From the NCBI GenBank assembly GCA_002299125.1, contig DBNU01000012.1, positions 1-38,844 of the forward strand: a DNA stretch of 38,844 nt. The letters are read 5' to 3'. Source of the stretch: Proteobacteria bacterium UBA664. Its GTDB lineage: Bacteria > Pseudomonadota > Gammaproteobacteria > UBA7966. The notes under the pieces are model-generated. The model had not been told where the DNA came from. It did not search any database and worked only from the letters and a program-made list of their open reading frames with translations. Both the position numbers and the translations under genes were made by a program. The first letter of the stretch is position 1. Each line of letters starts with the position of its first letter. Shown here in pieces: positions 36,597 through 38,844 of this stretch.

Positions 36597-36727
36597 GCGG
36601 TTCTTCCTCGGGGCTCAGGGCCAATGGAAAACGACGATGGTGTCGGCACGGGCATCCGCGGACGGGTCGTGCCGGGCTCACGGCCAGCAGTGCACCCCAG
36701 CGCAGGCAAGCGGATTGTGCCCCGCGC

Positions 36728-37918
36728 TCATCCTTCCGGGGGGCCATCGGCAGGTGTCGGCTCCGTCGCCCGATACTGTGCCAGAGCATCGAGCAGACGG
36801 GCGATGGGGGCCGGCAGACCGGGTCCGATGATCCCGTCGCCCCCGATCTGCGGGCGATGCCAAAGCCCGCTCGCCGACTCCATCAGCACGGCTGGAGAAG
36901 TGCTGCCGCCCGCGGCATCCGCAGACTGATCGCTGGCTGGCACGGCGACCGCTGCCGGCGGCCAACCGGATTCCTCGCCGAGGGCCAGAAGCCGCGGATG
37001 CAGTCGCAGCCGGAAGTGGGTGAAGGTGTGTTCGATCGGCGCCAGCGCCGTGCCGCTTCCCGTCAGGCCGGACTGCCGGCACCAGTGCTCGAGGGCCGCA
37101 ACCGACGTGAACTCCGGCGGGGCATGGAGCCCGCCCCAGATCCCGGTCGGTGGGCGCCGTTCCAGCCAGACGGCGCCTGCCGCATCCTCGATCAGCAGCG
37201 TCCAGCGTTCGCGCCAGGGCTGCGCGCGACGTGCGCGCCGAGTGGGCAGTTCGGCTGTGCGCCCCGTGAGGTAGGCGTTGCAATCCCCGGCCACGGGGCA
37301 GGTCGCGCAGGCAGGGCGCGCACGCGTGCACACCGTGGCCCCGAGGTCCATGATGGCCTGGGTGTAGGCGGCCACCTCACGTTCCGGCGTGGCGGCCTCG
37401 GCCGCTGCCCACAGGCGCGCGCGCGTGGCCGCCGTCGCCGGGTCACCCTCGATGCCACGATGACGTGCCAGCACGCGCTTCACGTTGCCATCCAGGATGG
37501 GATGGCGGTCACCATGGCTGAGGGCGAGCACGGCGGCGGCCGTGGAACGCCCAAGTCCCGGCAGGGCCTCCAGCGCCGCGCGATCACGCGGCAGCGAGCA
37601 GGCACCCGTAGCCACCACGGCGCGCGCGGCCCGGTGTAGATTGCGCGCCCGGGCGTAGTAACCAAGCCCCGCCCAGTGGGCCAGCACCTCACTGTCGGGG
37701 GCGGCGGCCAGCGCGGCGAGGGTGGGGAAACGCCGCATGAAGCGCTCGAAGTACGGAATGACCGTGGCGACCTGTGTCTGCTGCAGCATCACCTCCGACA
37801 CCCACACGCGGTAAGCGCTGCGCTCCCGCTGCCAGGGCAGGTCATGACGCCCGTGGCGCGCGGCCCAGCGGAGCAGACGTTCGGCGAAGTCAGCGAGCAC
37901 GGCCTGGAACCCTGACAC
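36728..37918 (-). CDS. mutY: A/G-specific adenine glycosylase
   Basis: VWVSEVMLQQTQV, WAGLGYYARARNLH, LPGLGRSTA, DGNVKRV, C-x6-C-x2-C-x5-C; start approximate. Confidence 0.95.
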   Translation of the reverse strand: MSGFQAVLADFAERLLRWAARHGRHDLPWQRERSAYRVWVSEVMLQQTQVATVIPYFERFMRRFPTLAALAAAPDSEVLAHWAGLGYYARARNLHRAARAVVATGACSLPRDRAALEALPGLGRSTAAAVLALSHGDRHPILDGNVKRVLARHRGIEGDPATAATRARLWAAAEAATPEREVAAYTQAIMDLGATVCTRARPACATCPVAGDCNAYLTGRTAELPTRRARRAQPWRERWTLLIEDAAGAVWLERRPPTGIWGGLHAPPEFTSVAALEHWCRQSGLTGSGTALAPIEHTFTHFRLRLHPRLLALGEESGWPPAAVAVPASDQSADAAGGSTSPAVLMESASGLWHRPQIGGDGIIGPGLPAPIARLLDALAQYRATEPTPADGPPEG

Positions 37919-37939
37919 CCTGCGCAGAGGAGAACCCCA

Positions 37940-38404
37940 TTGAAACCACAATTGCTCTTCCTGTGCACCGGCAACGCCTGTCGCAGCCAGATGGCCGAGG
38001 GCTGGGCGCGCGCCCTCCTCGGTGATCGCTTCACGGTGCATTCCGCCGGTATCCGCCCGCACGGCGTGGATCCGCGCGCCGTAGCCGTGATGTCAGAGGC
38101 TGGCGTGGATATCTCCCGGCACCGTTCCAAGCATCTGGATGAACTCGCCACCGTGACCTTCGATATCGTGGTCACCGTGTGTGATAACGCCGCAGGAGAA
38201 TGTCCTGTCTACCCGGGGCCGGTGCGGCGTCTGCATCGCGCCTTCGACGACCCGCCGCGGCTGGCACAGGGCGCAGCCACGGCGGATCAGGCGCTGCTCC
38301 ACTACCGGCGCGTACGCGACGAGATCCGCGCCTTCGTCACCACCTTGCCCGGCCTGCTCGACGAACTCGATCGGCGGGGCACCGGTGCACCCAGCCCCGC
38401 GTGA
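37940..38404 (+). CDS. arsC: thioredoxin-type arsenate reductase
   Basis: LFLCTGNACRSQMAEG, VTVCD.A.GECP, FDDP, RRVRDEI. Confidence 0.9.
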   Translation: MKPQLLFLCTGNACRSQMAEGWARALLGDRFTVHSAGIRPHGVDPRAVAVMSEAGVDISRHRSKHLDELATVTFDIVVTVCDNAAGECPVYPGPVRRLHRAFDDPPRLAQGAATADQALLHYRRVRDEIRAFVTTLPGLLDELDRRGTGAPSPA

Positions 38405-38410
38405 CAAGGA

Positions 38411-38437
38411 CTGGATCCCTGCCTACACGGGGATGAC
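38411..38437. repeat. REP/RPE-like palindromic unit
   Basis: CTGGATCCCTGCCTACACGGGGATGAC resembles the GTCATTCCCGCG.AGGCGGGAATCCAG repeat type; lies between convergent genes. Confidence 0.55.
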
Positions 38438-38488
38438 GGGACACCGGCCATGATGCGCAGGTGTGAGACTCGGCGGCCCGCGCCGCCA

Positions 38489-38844
38489 CTACCGCACGCC
38501 GCTGCCCGGACCCACCGGCCGGGCCTCGCGGATGGCCGGATCGCCGAAGAACAGGGTCAGCGCCAGGTAGGTGTAGGTGCTGAGGGGCTCGGCGGTGGGC
38601 CCCGGCGTGCGACGCAGGAAGTCGCCCTGCGGCACGAAGACGACGCCGCCGTCGATGAGGAAGCGATCACCGACGAAGTGCTTCCCCACCACTTCGATCT
38701 GATGGGCGACGAAGCGACCGGCCTGACTCGTGGGGTCGCGTTGGCGGGTGGTCCAGAAGATGTCGTGCTCGCTCGCAAGCCAGATCCCGCGCCACTTCAC
38801 GAACAGCAGGGTGTCCGGCCCGGGCCGCCATTCCGTGAGCTGGA
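38489..38844 (-). CDS. partial C-terminus of a probable outer-membrane beta-barrel (alginate-export-like) protein
   Basis: Open from the window edge; amphipathic strands, WLASEHD, RDPTSQAGRFVAHQIE, YTYLALTLFF. Confidence 0.5.
   Translation of the reverse strand, partial: QLTEWRPGPDTLLFVKWRGIWLASEHDIFWTTRQRDPTSQAGRFVAHQIEVVGKHFVGDRFLIDGGVVFVPQGDFLRRTPGPTAEPLSTYTYLALTLFFGDPAIREARPVGPGSGVR

Overview
GC-rich, probably gammaproteobacterial window (mutY-yggX-tRNA-Phe synteny) with four parts. (1) 1-16.6 kb, all minus strand: a surface-polysaccharide locus with lhgO, wzm/wzt, two NAD-dependent epimerase/dehydratases, a GmhA-like isomerase, split transketolase, HAD, kinase, SAM methyltransferase, Zn-dehydrogenase, a TPR/TIGR04372-type and a GT2 glycosyltransferase, and two TylF-type O-methyltransferases (one frameshifted). 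(2) 16.7-28 kb: a dense, decayed toxin-antitoxin field. It holds five MNT-HEPN pairs plus HigBA-, FitAB- and DUF433/DUF5615-type pairs, a Uma2 nuclease and a Schlafen/AlbA_2 protein, mixed with IS5/IS3 remnants, orphan ends of polysaccharide-locus genes (lhgO, manC) and three direct repeats, the largest 979 bp. In 7 of the 8 TA pairs the toxin is damaged while the antitoxin ORF stays open. (3) 28-36 kb: a TetR-regulated ABC/MFP/OMF efflux operon, an RloA/RloB pair and a YhaV remnant next to the 3' end of tRNA-Phe. (4) 36.2-38.8 kb: yggX, mutY, arsC and a partial outer-membrane protein gene. All calls come from motif recognition by eye; no database searches were run.
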